From the NCBI GenBank assembly GCA_013002925.1, contig JABDLQ010000184.1, positions 1 through 43,889 on the forward strand: 43,889 bases of DNA, given 5' to 3'. The position numbers and the translations under genes are program-made. Source of the DNA: Gammaproteobacteria bacterium. Its GTDB lineage: Bacteria > Pseudomonadota > Gammaproteobacteria > Steroidobacterales > SZUA-146. Positions 1 to 8,589 of this stretch are shown piece after piece. The stretch's first letter is position 1; each line of letters opens with the position of its first letter. Under the pieces are notes generated by a model. It made no database searches. It worked only from the letters and a program-made list of their open reading frames with translations, and was not told where the DNA came from.

Positions 1-129
1 ATCTTTATCGAAGGTACTGTCCACAACTGTTACCACAGGTGTGTACACAGGTGTAGCAGATGCAGAGAAAGCTGTGCAGAATCCTAGCGCCAACGCCAGT
101 AGCCGTACTCCGGGATATTTAATTGACAT
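1..129 (-). CDS. Partial CDS (5' end only): N-terminus of a secreted protein; continues past the left window edge
   Basis: ATG at 129-127 is preceded by GGAAGGA. Hand translation gives MSIKYPGVRLLALALGFCTAFSASATPVYTPVVTVVDSTFDKD: a basic n-region, a hydrophobic core and an A-S-A type cleavage motif. The frame is open to base 1. It falls below the 60-aa cutoff of the ORF track. Confidence 0.4.
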   Translation of the reverse strand, partial: MSIKYPGVRLLALALGFCTAFSASATPVYTPVVTVVDSTFDKD

Positions 130-284
130 AATGACTATTCCTTCCGCCTTTTTTTATCACCACAGGCAGCCGTGCTGCCAATCGTGACCTTGTACACCGG
201 GCTTTCACCACGGCTCGGATACGCCATTTACCCCCCAGAGGCACTAAACCCATCCTGCAAAAGTCATGCCAACTCATTAAAGCG

Positions 285-302
285 CCCGGTCTGCCGGGTT
301 TT
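285..302. terminator. Small GC hairpin (CCCGG-tctg-CCGGG) followed by TTTT on the + strand; possible terminator downstream of the helicase gene
   Basis: The inverted repeat is read directly. The T-run lies on the + strand only, while the upstream gene is on the - strand, so the assignment is weak. Confidence 0.25.
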
Positions 303-393
303 CCGGAACATGAGGACATGAACTTCCGGCACCACTGTAAGTTTATCTGACTGTTTGTAATGGATTTTTACAATTCAAACGCTTATTGCTAAT

Positions 394-2487
394 TCACCAC
401 AGTTCGCTAATGCGTGCGGGCAAATCAATTTGTTCGACAGCGTGAACCTGATCCGCACGGTGTTGCGACTCACCGTAAAATCGACGCTCACAAACCTCCA
501 GCAAAGTCGCCGTCATGAATCGGCTCTGCGCACCATACACATGTTTGCTGCCATGGCGCTGCTGCTGGGGCAAATAAAAACGCAGCGGAGAGATCAGGTG
601 AAGCTGATCTTTTGCGCGTGTTGCGGCAACGTACAAAAGACGCCTTTCCTCTTCAATCAGATTGTCATCGCCGGTGGCAAATTCAGAGGGGAAACTGCCG
701 TCCACCACGTTCATTATATAAACTGAATTCCACTCCTGTCCCTTGGCCGAATGAATGGTGGACAGCACAAGGTAGTCTTCGTCTTTTAATGGGTCACCGG
801 CATGATCACCACTGGCGAGCGGCGGATCAAGCGCCAGATCTGAAAGAAAATGTTCAGCGTCCCTGTAGGCATGAGCAATCTGCTGCAGCTGTTCGAGGTC
901 GGGCCAACGCACTGCAAAATCCGGAAACCGTCTTTCCAGGTATGGCCTGTACCATTGAACGATTTCATTGAGGTTACTCAACAGACTCGGCACGCCGCTG
1001 CAGTGACGCAAAATACCGCATAACTGCAACCATTCGGGCTGCCGGCTCTTTGGCAGTTTAAAATCGCTCAATGCCACGAAACGTGCATCGTTCGCCATCA
1101 AGAACTGCCAGGCGCGAGCGGCTAACGCCGGCCCCACACCTGGCAACAATTGCATGCAACGAAACCCGGCGAGCCGATCTTTTGGATTAACAGACCATCG
1201 CAACAGACACATCACATCCTTGATGTGCTGCGATTCCAGAAATTTCAATCCGCCATACTTCACGAATGGGATATTGCGTCGTGCCAGTTCGACTTCCAAT
1301 GCATCGCTGTGATGGCTGTTACGAAACAACACGGCCTGTTGCATTAACTGCAACCCGTCTTCGCGATTTTTCAGTATCTGTTCGGTTATATACCGGGCCT
1401 GGCAAAAATCATCCTCAACGGTGACATAAAACGGTTTATCGCCCGTACCCTTTTGAGCTTGTAACGTCCGGCAATACGGTTGCTTCGAATCACTCATCAG
1501 CACATTGGCAAAATCCAGAATGGCCTGGTGCGAACGGTAATTTTCCTGGAGATCTATGACTTTGACCTTGCCGCTGTACTGGCCCGGAAAATTTCGTATG
1601 TTGGCAACTTCGGCAGCACGAAAACTGTAAATGGATTGTGCATCATCGCCAACCACGGTCACGCCGGAACCTTCCGGACTCAGCTTTTTAAGAATCGCTG
1701 CCTGCAGGATATTGGTGTCCTGATATTCATCAACCAGAATGTGCTCAAACTTATTAGCAACTTCTTCAGCCAGCCAGCCCTCCTGCATCATGTAATACCA
1801 GTAGAGCAGCAAATCATCGTAATCCAGTGACAAACTTGACTGCTTTAGCGCAGTGTATGCTTTAAACAACTCGCGCAATTCGTCCTGCCAGTTTTGGCAC
1901 CACGGAAAATCCCGCGTCGTCACATCTTTAATCGTGGCTTGGCGGTTGACACAGCGCGAATAAATATCAATGCATGCATCCTTGCGTGGAAAACGCTTGT
2001 GCTTATCTGACAACCGTAATTCCTGGCGGCACACATCCAGCATGTCCGCAGCGTCACTGCGGTCAAGAATCGAAAATCCCGGTTGTAACCCAACATGCCT
2101 TGCGTACAGGCGTAGCAACCGGTGAGCGATACTGTGGTACGTCCCCGCCCAGGGTATTTTGACTGAGGGCCTGGCGCTTGCCGGCCTGGTTGCCGCCGTG
2201 GCGCTAACCACCTGCGCTGCCCTGTGGATCATTTCACGTGCGGCCCGGCGGCTAAACGTCATTAGCAGGATGCGATTTCCCGACACCCCGCTCCTGACGA
2301 GATTCGCAACACGATGGGCAATGGTCGTCGTTTTACCCGTTCCAGCTCCTGCCAGAACTAAAAGTGGACGGCTGGTACCGGCCTCGATAGCTGATCCGGC
2401 ACCGTCAGACTCGCCAATGTCATAGGCAGCAGCAAGTTGTTGGCGGCTGTTGAGCCGTCGGAGTGAAAAGGATGAGACTGAAGTCAT
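394..2487 (-). CDS. UvrD/Rep/PcrA-family (SF1A) ATP-dependent DNA helicase
   Basis: 697-aa ORF. Walker A is LVLAGAGTGKTTT, motif Ia-like is LLMTFSRRAAREM, and motif II is VDEYQDTN. It also has VVGDDAQSIYSFRAA, and LSTIHSAKGQEW and LLYVAATRAK near the C-terminus. It diverges from canonical E. coli UvrD, so no symbol is given. Confidence 0.9.
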   Translation of the reverse strand: MTSVSSFSLRRLNSRQQLAAAYDIGESDGAGSAIEAGTSRPLLVLAGAGTGKTTTIAHRVANLVRSGVSGNRILLMTFSRRAAREMIHRAAQVVSATAATRPASARPSVKIPWAGTYHSIAHRLLRLYARHVGLQPGFSILDRSDAADMLDVCRQELRLSDKHKRFPRKDACIDIYSRCVNRQATIKDVTTRDFPWCQNWQDELRELFKAYTALKQSSLSLDYDDLLLYWYYMMQEGWLAEEVANKFEHILVDEYQDTNILQAAILKKLSPEGSGVTVVGDDAQSIYSFRAAEVANIRNFPGQYSGKVKVIDLQENYRSHQAILDFANVLMSDSKQPYCRTLQAQKGTGDKPFYVTVEDDFCQARYITEQILKNREDGLQLMQQAVLFRNSHHSDALEVELARRNIPFVKYGGLKFLESQHIKDVMCLLRWSVNPKDRLAGFRCMQLLPGVGPALAARAWQFLMANDARFVALSDFKLPKSRQPEWLQLCGILRHCSGVPSLLSNLNEIVQWYRPYLERRFPDFAVRWPDLEQLQQIAHAYRDAEHFLSDLALDPPLASGDHAGDPLKDEDYLVLSTIHSAKGQEWNSVYIMNVVDGSFPSEFATGDDNLIEEERRLLYVAATRAKDQLHLISPLRFYLPQQQRHGSKHVYGAQSRFMTATLLEVCERRFYGESQHRADQVHAVEQIDLPARISELW

Positions 2488-2505
2488 TTCATGAATATAT
2501 CGAAT

Positions 2506-2525
2506 AACTGTATGTATATCCAGTA
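2506..2525. promoter_or_regulatory. Candidate LexA (SOS) box AACTGTATGTATATCCAGTA
   Basis: It matches the gammaproteobacterial consensus TACTGTATATATATACAGTA at 17 of 20 positions (CTGT-N8-CCAG versus CTGT-N8-ACAG). It lies 19 nt upstream of the helicase ATG, in the 123-bp divergent intergenic region. Confidence 0.55.
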
Positions 2526-2610
2526 TACTGTCATGTGTGGTTCACATGAACAACTGTCATAATCGGGCTGCTTCCGACTATACCTGTACAGCATTGGACA
2601 AAGAGATCGT

Positions 2611-5600
2611 ATGCGAAAATTTGCCCTATTGAGCACTGCTTTACTGTTGTTTTCGATACTGGTTATCAGCTTTGTGAGCCTATCGGAAAATACCGCCTCA
2701 AACGCGCCTGCCCAACCATCAGATCAGAATTCCGTGCCGGTGGTCACGACTCCGAATGCAGTCGTTGGCCTGCGCCTCGATACCAGGCTGGCAAATCTTC
2801 CGCAGTCAGCACCGCGCCCGGCCGAACCCCAAGCCAACGCCATTTCCTGGGTGCGTGATCCGGACCGGCAACGTGCCTTGTTGTTTCTGACCGGCGCGCT
2901 CGTGCTTGGATTGTTCACCGGTGCGGCTCTTCGACGCCGCCCGGCAGCGCAACCTGCCGATCGCGAATTCGCATCCTTGTCCTTACCGGATCTGGGAAGC
3001 TCCTCAGGAGATACCGATGCACTGATCGCCGAGACTGCGGCTCAGCATGCGGCACGCACGAATGAATTAGAGGAGGAAATTACTGCACTACGCGATTCCA
3101 TCCAAAGCCATGAAATTGTGCAGGACGATAACCAGCAACGCCTCAGCGAGCATCAGGCAACCATCGAAGAATTACGACAGGAATTGCGCCATACGGACGA
3201 CCTTTCCGTTTCAATGCAGCGTGCTCAGCAGCAGGAAAAACTACTCGCCGCCGAGCTGGACGAGCGCGATGACATAATCGACAACTTGCACAAGGACATA
3301 GCAAGCTGGCAGGAAAAACTTGACATCCGCTCTGCCGAGTTTGAGGAACTGGATAAACAGCATGAACATGTTGTGCAGCAGGAACAAACACTGGCTGACG
3401 AACTTGCTGAGCGCGAGCAAACCATCAACAATCTTAAATCAGATATTGACAATTGGCGTGAAGAATGGGCCGCGCGAACCAAACACATCGAAGAGCTTGA
3501 TCGGCAGCTATCAACACTCACAGCAGATCTGGAAAAGGCGCGTGATGATGAAACCGCGGCACAAAATGCGGTAGAGGAACTGCAACAAGCACACACCGCA
3601 TTGCTGGCAGAAATAGATGTATTAACACCCAACGTTGCGTTGGCAGAGGATCTCAGGCAACAGCTTGAGGAATTGGATAAGCGCTACGATATTGCCATGT
3701 CTGACAAACAGGCGCTGGAAGAAGCGCTTGACGATGCTGTGACCCATGCACAGAAAATTCCTGAATTAGAGACACACCTGGACGCGGCCAGGGAAAAAAT
3801 CAGTGAACAATCTACTGCACTTGCAGAGACCCAGGCGCAAATTGAAGAGTTACAGGCAAGCTTTGATGAAGTGCAGAAACAAAAAGCACGCAGTGACGAA
3901 CAATTCGTTCAACTGAATTGCGCACACTCGGAACAATCAGCGGCACTCAACGAACAAATGCATTTGTTGGTTGACGCTCAATCTGCGGGCGAACGACAGC
4001 AACGGGAAATAGACGAACTCCAGGCCGCACTGGATACCGCGCAAGCGGAGGCTGAAGCGCACAATGCAGATGCTCTTGAACTCAAAAAACTGCTCAACGA
4101 GGCTAATGCAGACCTGGAACGCAAGCAGCAGGAGTATGCCGATACACAAACAGAACTGGAACAACAAAAATCCGAAAAAGAAGAGCTCGTGAACCACAAA
4201 CTGGTTCTGGAGGAGCAACTGTCCGAACTGGACACTGAGCTTGCCGCGGCTCGTAACAATAATACGGAACTGGATGACAGGGTTGCACTACTGCGCAATG
4301 ACCTTGACCAGATGACTGGCAAGATTCATGACAAAAATTCCGGCATCAGCGCCCTGAAAAACGAGCTTGTCGACTCACAAAAATTGCTGGACGAAAAAGA
4401 ATGCGAAATTTCAGAGCTTGCAAAGCAGTTAGATGAAAAGCGCGATACCATCGCTGAAATGAACGAAAAAATAGATGCTGCCAACGCGACCGAAGCACGT
4501 CTGAGCAGTTGGGATAACTCCCTGCAAACGTACAAACACGACTTGACCACAAAAAACCGTCTGATCGATGATCTCAGAGATGAATTAACTCTTGCAACGC
4601 ATACCGGCACTCTCTTAAAGGCGCAAATCCGTAATCTGGACGAGCAACTTGAAACACTCTTCGATGTTCAGACCGAGGCAGCCAGGCTTAACGAGGTGAA
4701 TTCCCAACTGAACGTTGATTTACAAAAGCAGAACGAAATAATTGAAAACCTCGGCGCGCAAAGTCAACAGCACGATGAAAACATCGACTGTTTCGACGAG
4801 GAGTTACAGGCACTGCAAAGAGAACACAGTCAGTGGCAACAGCACATGGAGAAATCAGCCCTGGCAGTGCGTGGCCTACAGGATGAGCTCGCTGATATTC
4901 ATACCATATTGGCGCGACTGGATGAGCTGATGGAGGACGAGCTCGACCACGAGCACTATTCTACCTGGACCAATATTGCAGATGGTGGATCAATCGTAGA
5001 CCGGCTGGTCACGATCACCGGTCATGCAAAGTTTTTGCGAGACTCGCTGCGTGCGGCGACGGCGGAGAATGAGGTCTTACTGTCATCGCAAGATGAGATG
5101 GTCAAACTACAGGAGCATGTGCAGCTACTACAACAGGCGCTGGGGGATCATCAATATGATTTGCAACAGGAAATTACAGCTCGCAAGCAACAGGAACAAA
5201 AATGCCAGAACTACCGTGAAACTATTGTCACACTCGAAACTCAAATTGCGGATCGGCAATCCCGGATTGACACTCTGACAAAATCTACAGACGCCTCTGA
5301 AGAACTTGTCGACACGCTGCGCCAGGAACTTCAGACCGCCCGCGTTCAGCTTGACGAAGCCAATGCAAATTTACGCAGCCAGGACCAGGAAATTTCGCAG
5401 CTCAATGGACAAATTACCGCTGTTGAGGCCAAACAACAGGAACAAACGGAATTACTCAAAACCAGAACCCGATCGATAAAACAGCATTATGAACAGCAAC
5501 GCCACGGCCTGATCAAGCGTTATCAGTCCACCAGCGATCAGCTGCGGCGCGCACTTTCCGGTCTTCAGGAAACTCACCAGGAATTACAACGCAAGTTACA

Positions 5601-5817
5601 GGAAAAAGACGCGCGGCTGAACAAGCTGCAACAGGCCGCTGAACCGCTGCCCGTGCTGACCACCGAGTATGCGCACGGTAAGCCAGCTGATAATGTGCCG
5701 GTGCTCAGCGCAAGAGCGAATCGCATTACGCGACAACCCGACAAAAGCACCGCCGACAAAGCACCGCCTGCGGTCGATATTCCCGTGCTTCGTGACACCG
5801 TTGGCAAAGACGAGTAG
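2611..5817 (+). CDS. Large membrane-anchored coiled-coil protein (1068 aa), function unknown
   Basis: The N-terminus has a hydrophobic segment (ALLSTALLLFSILVISFV) and a second one (ALLFLTGALVLGLFTGAAL). About 900 aa of E/Q/L/D-rich heptad-like sequence follows. No Walker A/B or other enzymatic motif was seen. The C-terminus is proline/basic-rich with three (L/V/I)PVL motifs. Confidence 0.8.
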   Translation: MRKFALLSTALLLFSILVISFVSLSENTASNAPAQPSDQNSVPVVTTPNAVVGLRLDTRLANLPQSAPRPAEPQANAISWVRDPDRQRALLFLTGALVLGLFTGAALRRRPAAQPADREFASLSLPDLGSSSGDTDALIAETAAQHAARTNELEEEITALRDSIQSHEIVQDDNQQRLSEHQATIEELRQELRHTDDLSVSMQRAQQQEKLLAAELDERDDIIDNLHKDIASWQEKLDIRSAEFEELDKQHEHVVQQEQTLADELAEREQTINNLKSDIDNWREEWAARTKHIEELDRQLSTLTADLEKARDDETAAQNAVEELQQAHTALLAEIDVLTPNVALAEDLRQQLEELDKRYDIAMSDKQALEEALDDAVTHAQKIPELETHLDAAREKISEQSTALAETQAQIEELQASFDEVQKQKARSDEQFVQLNCAHSEQSAALNEQMHLLVDAQSAGERQQREIDELQAALDTAQAEAEAHNADALELKKLLNEANADLERKQQEYADTQTELEQQKSEKEELVNHKLVLEEQLSELDTELAAARNNNTELDDRVALLRNDLDQMTGKIHDKNSGISALKNELVDSQKLLDEKECEISELAKQLDEKRDTIAEMNEKIDAANATEARLSSWDNSLQTYKHDLTTKNRLIDDLRDELTLATHTGTLLKAQIRNLDEQLETLFDVQTEAARLNEVNSQLNVDLQKQNEIIENLGAQSQQHDENIDCFDEELQALQREHSQWQQHMEKSALAVRGLQDELADIHTILARLDELMEDELDHEHYSTWTNIADGGSIVDRLVTITGHAKFLRDSLRAATAENEVLLSSQDEMVKLQEHVQLLQQALGDHQYDLQQEITARKQQEQKCQNYRETIVTLETQIADRQSRIDTLTKSTDASEELVDTLRQELQTARVQLDEANANLRSQDQEISQLNGQITAVEAKQQEQTELLKTRTRSIKQHYEQQRHGLIKRYQSTSDQLRRALSGLQETHQELQRKLQEKDARLNKLQQAAEPLPVLTTEYAHGKPADNVPVLSARANRITRQPDKSTADKAPPAVDIPVLRDTVGKDE

Positions 5818-6083
5818 CCAATCGCAAATGCAAGTGCAGTTGAGGGAATGGTTCGATTGCTCCCGCAACGGCGCGATCCAAAGACAGGTCATGCCGACAG
5901 CAGATCGAGGGTCTGTGGTGTTTGCGATGCGCACAGACGCGCGTCGGCGTTATGCCCTGCAGGGTCAGTGCTGGTTACACAACCTCCCAAGCACCTTTTT
6001 ATAATTCGACAGTCATCAACTCAGCTGACTTTGCACTACACTTCGGTGCGGACTGGCGTGGATCAGCGTTGGCTTGAATCGAC

Positions 6084-6599
6084 TCAGACTTTCAGACTCT
6101 TGCGCAGCCGCGCGGTCAACAGTAACAACAGATTGTGATAGACCGTTTTAGCGATTCGATAATCCGACATCAGCACCGTATCAAAGGCCGCGAGCGGAAT
6201 TTTAAGTGCCTGGGAACTTTCCGCGGCGACGACTGATGCCGATGCCGGTTTTTTGTCAATCAACGAGTACTCGCCAAAACAATCGCCTTTTTTAAAGGTG
6301 TCGAGTTCGATAAGTTCGGCTTCGGTCGTGGTGGGGTCAACCGCCGGTGATTCCGGCCTCAACACCAAAAACCGGCCCGCAGTCACCAGATACAATGCTG
6401 CTGAGTATTTGCCCCGGGATATGACCTCGTCCATCGGCTTGAAATTCAGGACCTGCAGGCTTTGCAGGAACGGCCGCAGATCCGATGCATTCAAATCGCG
6501 AAAAACATGGCTTTGGATCATCCAGTCCATGACTTCACGCTCGGTAATTTGTCGTTGAGTATCTTTCAAAGGCGAACTGGCAGCATCTGCAGGGGACAT
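6084..6599 (-). CDS. Stand-alone cyclic-nucleotide-binding (cNMP/Crp-like) domain protein
   Basis: The ORF-track ORF is 6084-6704. I prefer the internal ATG at 6599 (MSPADAASS...) because AGAGGAG lies directly upstream. cNMP-binding hallmarks are FKKGDCFGEYSLID and KPASASVVA. Confidence 0.75.
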   Translation of the reverse strand: MSPADAASSPLKDTQRQITEREVMDWMIQSHVFRDLNASDLRPFLQSLQVLNFKPMDEVISRGKYSAALYLVTAGRFLVLRPESPAVDPTTTEAELIELDTFKKGDCFGEYSLIDKKPASASVVAAESSQALKIPLAAFDTVLMSDYRIAKTVYHNLLLLLTARLRKSLKV

Positions 6600-6717
6600 T
6601 TTACTCCTCTCAGAATTCAGGCACGGCGGCCCAAGGAACATCGTTAGAAGGACCGCTAAGGTACACCTGTAAGACCGGGAAATAAAGACCCTGAAATCGC
6701 ACAATCAGCGGAGTTGT

Positions 6718-7395
6718 TCAGCGAGAGAAGGTGGCCAGCACAACCTGCCGCTGGCGCTGGCTCATATCGTGCACCAGGCGTTCACACTCGTTTACCTCCC
6801 CGGCCGCAATATTGGTGATCAGGTGACCAACAAATTGTTCCAGCCCGCGAATTTCATCCTGCCCGGCGGCCAACGCCCTGAAATAGGCCCGGCTGAAACT
6901 GGGATGGAGGTCCACAAACAACGCGGTCAAATAGCTGTTTCCTGCGATTTCGCAAGCCGTAAGTTGAAACTCGAACGATAGTTCCAGCAGTTCAAATGGT
7001 TCTCCTTGCTCTGCCGCCTCAATCAGAGCGCTTTGCAGATGCCTGAATTTATCCAGATCAGCTGCGTTCCACTTGTCACTGACCCGTCTCACCAGCAGAT
7101 TGATCAGAACTTCCTGAAGATCGTACAGGGCTTCAACGTCCCCGGGCCCGAATTCGCTGACCCGAGCCCCCTTTCTGGGCAGTAAATCCACCAGGTGTCG
7201 ACGAGACAAAACCTGAAGCGCTTCACGCACCGGTCCACGGCTGACGTCGAGTTCCCGGGTAATTTGTGCTTCGGGGATTCGTTCCCCGGGCGCAAGCTGT
7301 TCGCTAACTATTTGTTTTTGTACATAGTCTGCAATCTGCTCCGCGAGACCCAATGGCGGCTTGAATGCCGCTGGTTGTGGATTCTGGATTTTCAT
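6718..7395 (-). CDS. GntR-family transcriptional regulator (FadR/FCD subfamily)
   Basis: 225 aa. The N-terminus has a winged-HTH (LAPGERIPEAQITRELDVSRGPVREALQVL) and the C-terminus is an all-helical FCD-like domain. It is divergent from alkB with a 57-bp spacer. Confidence 0.88.
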   Translation of the reverse strand: MKIQNPQPAAFKPPLGLAEQIADYVQKQIVSEQLAPGERIPEAQITRELDVSRGPVREALQVLSRRHLVDLLPRKGARVSEFGPGDVEALYDLQEVLINLLVRRVSDKWNAADLDKFRHLQSALIEAAEQGEPFELLELSFEFQLTACEIAGNSYLTALFVDLHPSFSRAYFRALAAGQDEIRGLEQFVGHLITNIAAGEVNECERLVHDMSQRQRQVVLATFSR

Positions 7396-7401
7396 GTCAT
7401 G

Positions 7402-7428
7402 ATTGTCCTACAGTTTTACAATCCTACA
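7402..7428. promoter_or_regulatory. Candidate operator in the gntR/alkB divergent region: ATTGTCCTACAG-TTTT-ACAATCCTACA
   Basis: TCCTACA occurs as a direct repeat 16 bp apart (7406-7412 and 7422-7428). An ATTGT/ACAAT inverted pair is also present. GT-N-AC cores are typical of GntR-family operators. This is read directly and is not validated. Confidence 0.25.
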
Positions 7429-7452
7429 CTTTAACGACCAACGGACTCTTTT

Positions 7453-8577
7453 ATGTATAACCACGACACTATCAGAGATAACTTGAAAAAAAAGCTCAAA
7501 CGCTATGGTTTCGCGCTCGCGTTGTTTCCTGCAGTGCTGCCGTTTGCCGGATATTTTCTGGCGACTCATTGGGGGTTGCCCAACCTGTTTGCGTTTACGA
7601 CCTTGTTCGTCCTCTACGGGTTATTGCCGCTCGCGGACTGGCTCGTTGGAACCGATCCGGAAAATCCAGCGGATACCGAGACAAAGCCGTTATCCAATGA
7701 TCGATATTTCCGTTTTTTGCTGTGGTTAAATCTTCCGATTGCCATCGCGACCGTCGTCGGCGGTATCTACCTGAGCCAGCACTGGCAAGGTCTCAACATG
7801 ATTGGACAGCTGGGACTCATACTCTCCTGCGGGACAATTTCAGCCGGCAACATGATCAATGCCGGACATGAACTGATACACAAACGCTCTCGTACCGATC
7901 AAAACGTGGGCGGATTGTTGTTATGTCTGGCCTGTTACCCAAGCTTCAAGATAGAGCATCTTCGCGGCCACCACGTGCACGTAGCTACCCCGAAAGATCA
8001 AAGCACATCGTCCTATGGCCAGTCGCTGTACGATTTTCTGCCATCGGCACTGATGCGCAACTTTCGTACGGCGTGGCAGTTGGAGCGCGAGCGGCTGGCA
8101 AAACATGACCAATCAGTGTGGAGCACGGCCAACGAACTTGTTCGTTGGTACGCCCTGGTGCTAATTCTTATCATCACCATCGCGGCAGTTTTCGGACTTG
8201 CGGGCGTTTTGTTTTTCCTGCTACAGAGTCTCACCGGGATCGCGCTACTCGAATCGGTCAATTACCTTGAACACTATGGGTTGCGCCGCAAACTGTTACC
8301 TAATGGCCGCTATGAGCGTGTCACCGTACAGCATTCGTGGAACAGCAATCATCTGTTGAGTAACTTGTTAACATTCCAGCTACAAAGACACTCTGACCAC
8401 CATGCCAATCCGCAGCGGCCTTACCAGGTGCTGCGCCATATCGATGAAAGTCCACAGCTTCCCGCTGGTTACTCCACCATGATTCTGCTTGCCATGGTGC
8501 CACCATTATGGATGAGAATCATGAACCCGCGCGTGCGGCAGTACTATCAGAAGGAGTCCGGCCTTACCCCATCCTGA
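7453..8577 (+). CDS. alkB: Alkane 1-monooxygenase (integral-membrane di-iron alkane hydroxylase)
   Basis: 374 aa. All AlkB signature boxes are present: HELIHK, EHLRGHH, NYLEHYGL and LQRHSDHHA. There are several N-terminal TM segments. Confidence 0.92.
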   Translation: MYNHDTIRDNLKKKLKRYGFALALFPAVLPFAGYFLATHWGLPNLFAFTTLFVLYGLLPLADWLVGTDPENPADTETKPLSNDRYFRFLLWLNLPIAIATVVGGIYLSQHWQGLNMIGQLGLILSCGTISAGNMINAGHELIHKRSRTDQNVGGLLLCLACYPSFKIEHLRGHHVHVATPKDQSTSSYGQSLYDFLPSALMRNFRTAWQLERERLAKHDQSVWSTANELVRWYALVLILIITIAAVFGLAGVLFFLLQSLTGIALLESVNYLEHYGLRRKLLPNGRYERVTVQHSWNSNHLLSNLLTFQLQRHSDHHANPQRPYQVLRHIDESPQLPAGYSTMILLAMVPPLWMRIMNPRVRQYYQKESGLTPS

Positions 8578-8589
8578 CAGCTTCCAGGG

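Noticed and set aside
119-319. 66-aa - strand ORF in the region downstream of the helicase gene
   Set aside because: The translation is Arg/Gly-rich with no RBS. It overlaps the better-supported signal-peptide ORF start at 129 in another frame.
3143-4610. Multiple 80-135-aa ORFs antisense to, or out of frame with, the coiled-coil gene (for example 3225-3632 and 3978-4322, both Ser-rich)
   Set aside because: These are shadow ORFs produced by the GAA/CAG/CTG-rich repetitive codon composition of the real + strand gene. They have low-complexity translations and no RBS.
2611-5817. Considered whether the giant coiled-coil protein plus the adjacent UvrD-like helicase form an SMC- or Gabija/Lamassu-like defence pair
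   Set aside because: The genes are divergent, not co-transcribed. The coiled-coil protein has no Walker A/B head, hinge or nuclease motif, and it has TM segments. Nothing else defence-like flanks it.
5818-6083. 266-bp gap between convergent genes, with ORFs 5848-6138 and 5669-6004 and a GGTTCGATT string reminiscent of a tRNA T-arm
   Set aside because: No cloverleaf can be built around the T-arm-like string. The ORFs are Arg-rich with no RBS and overlap real genes. No convincing terminator or sRNA structure was found by eye.
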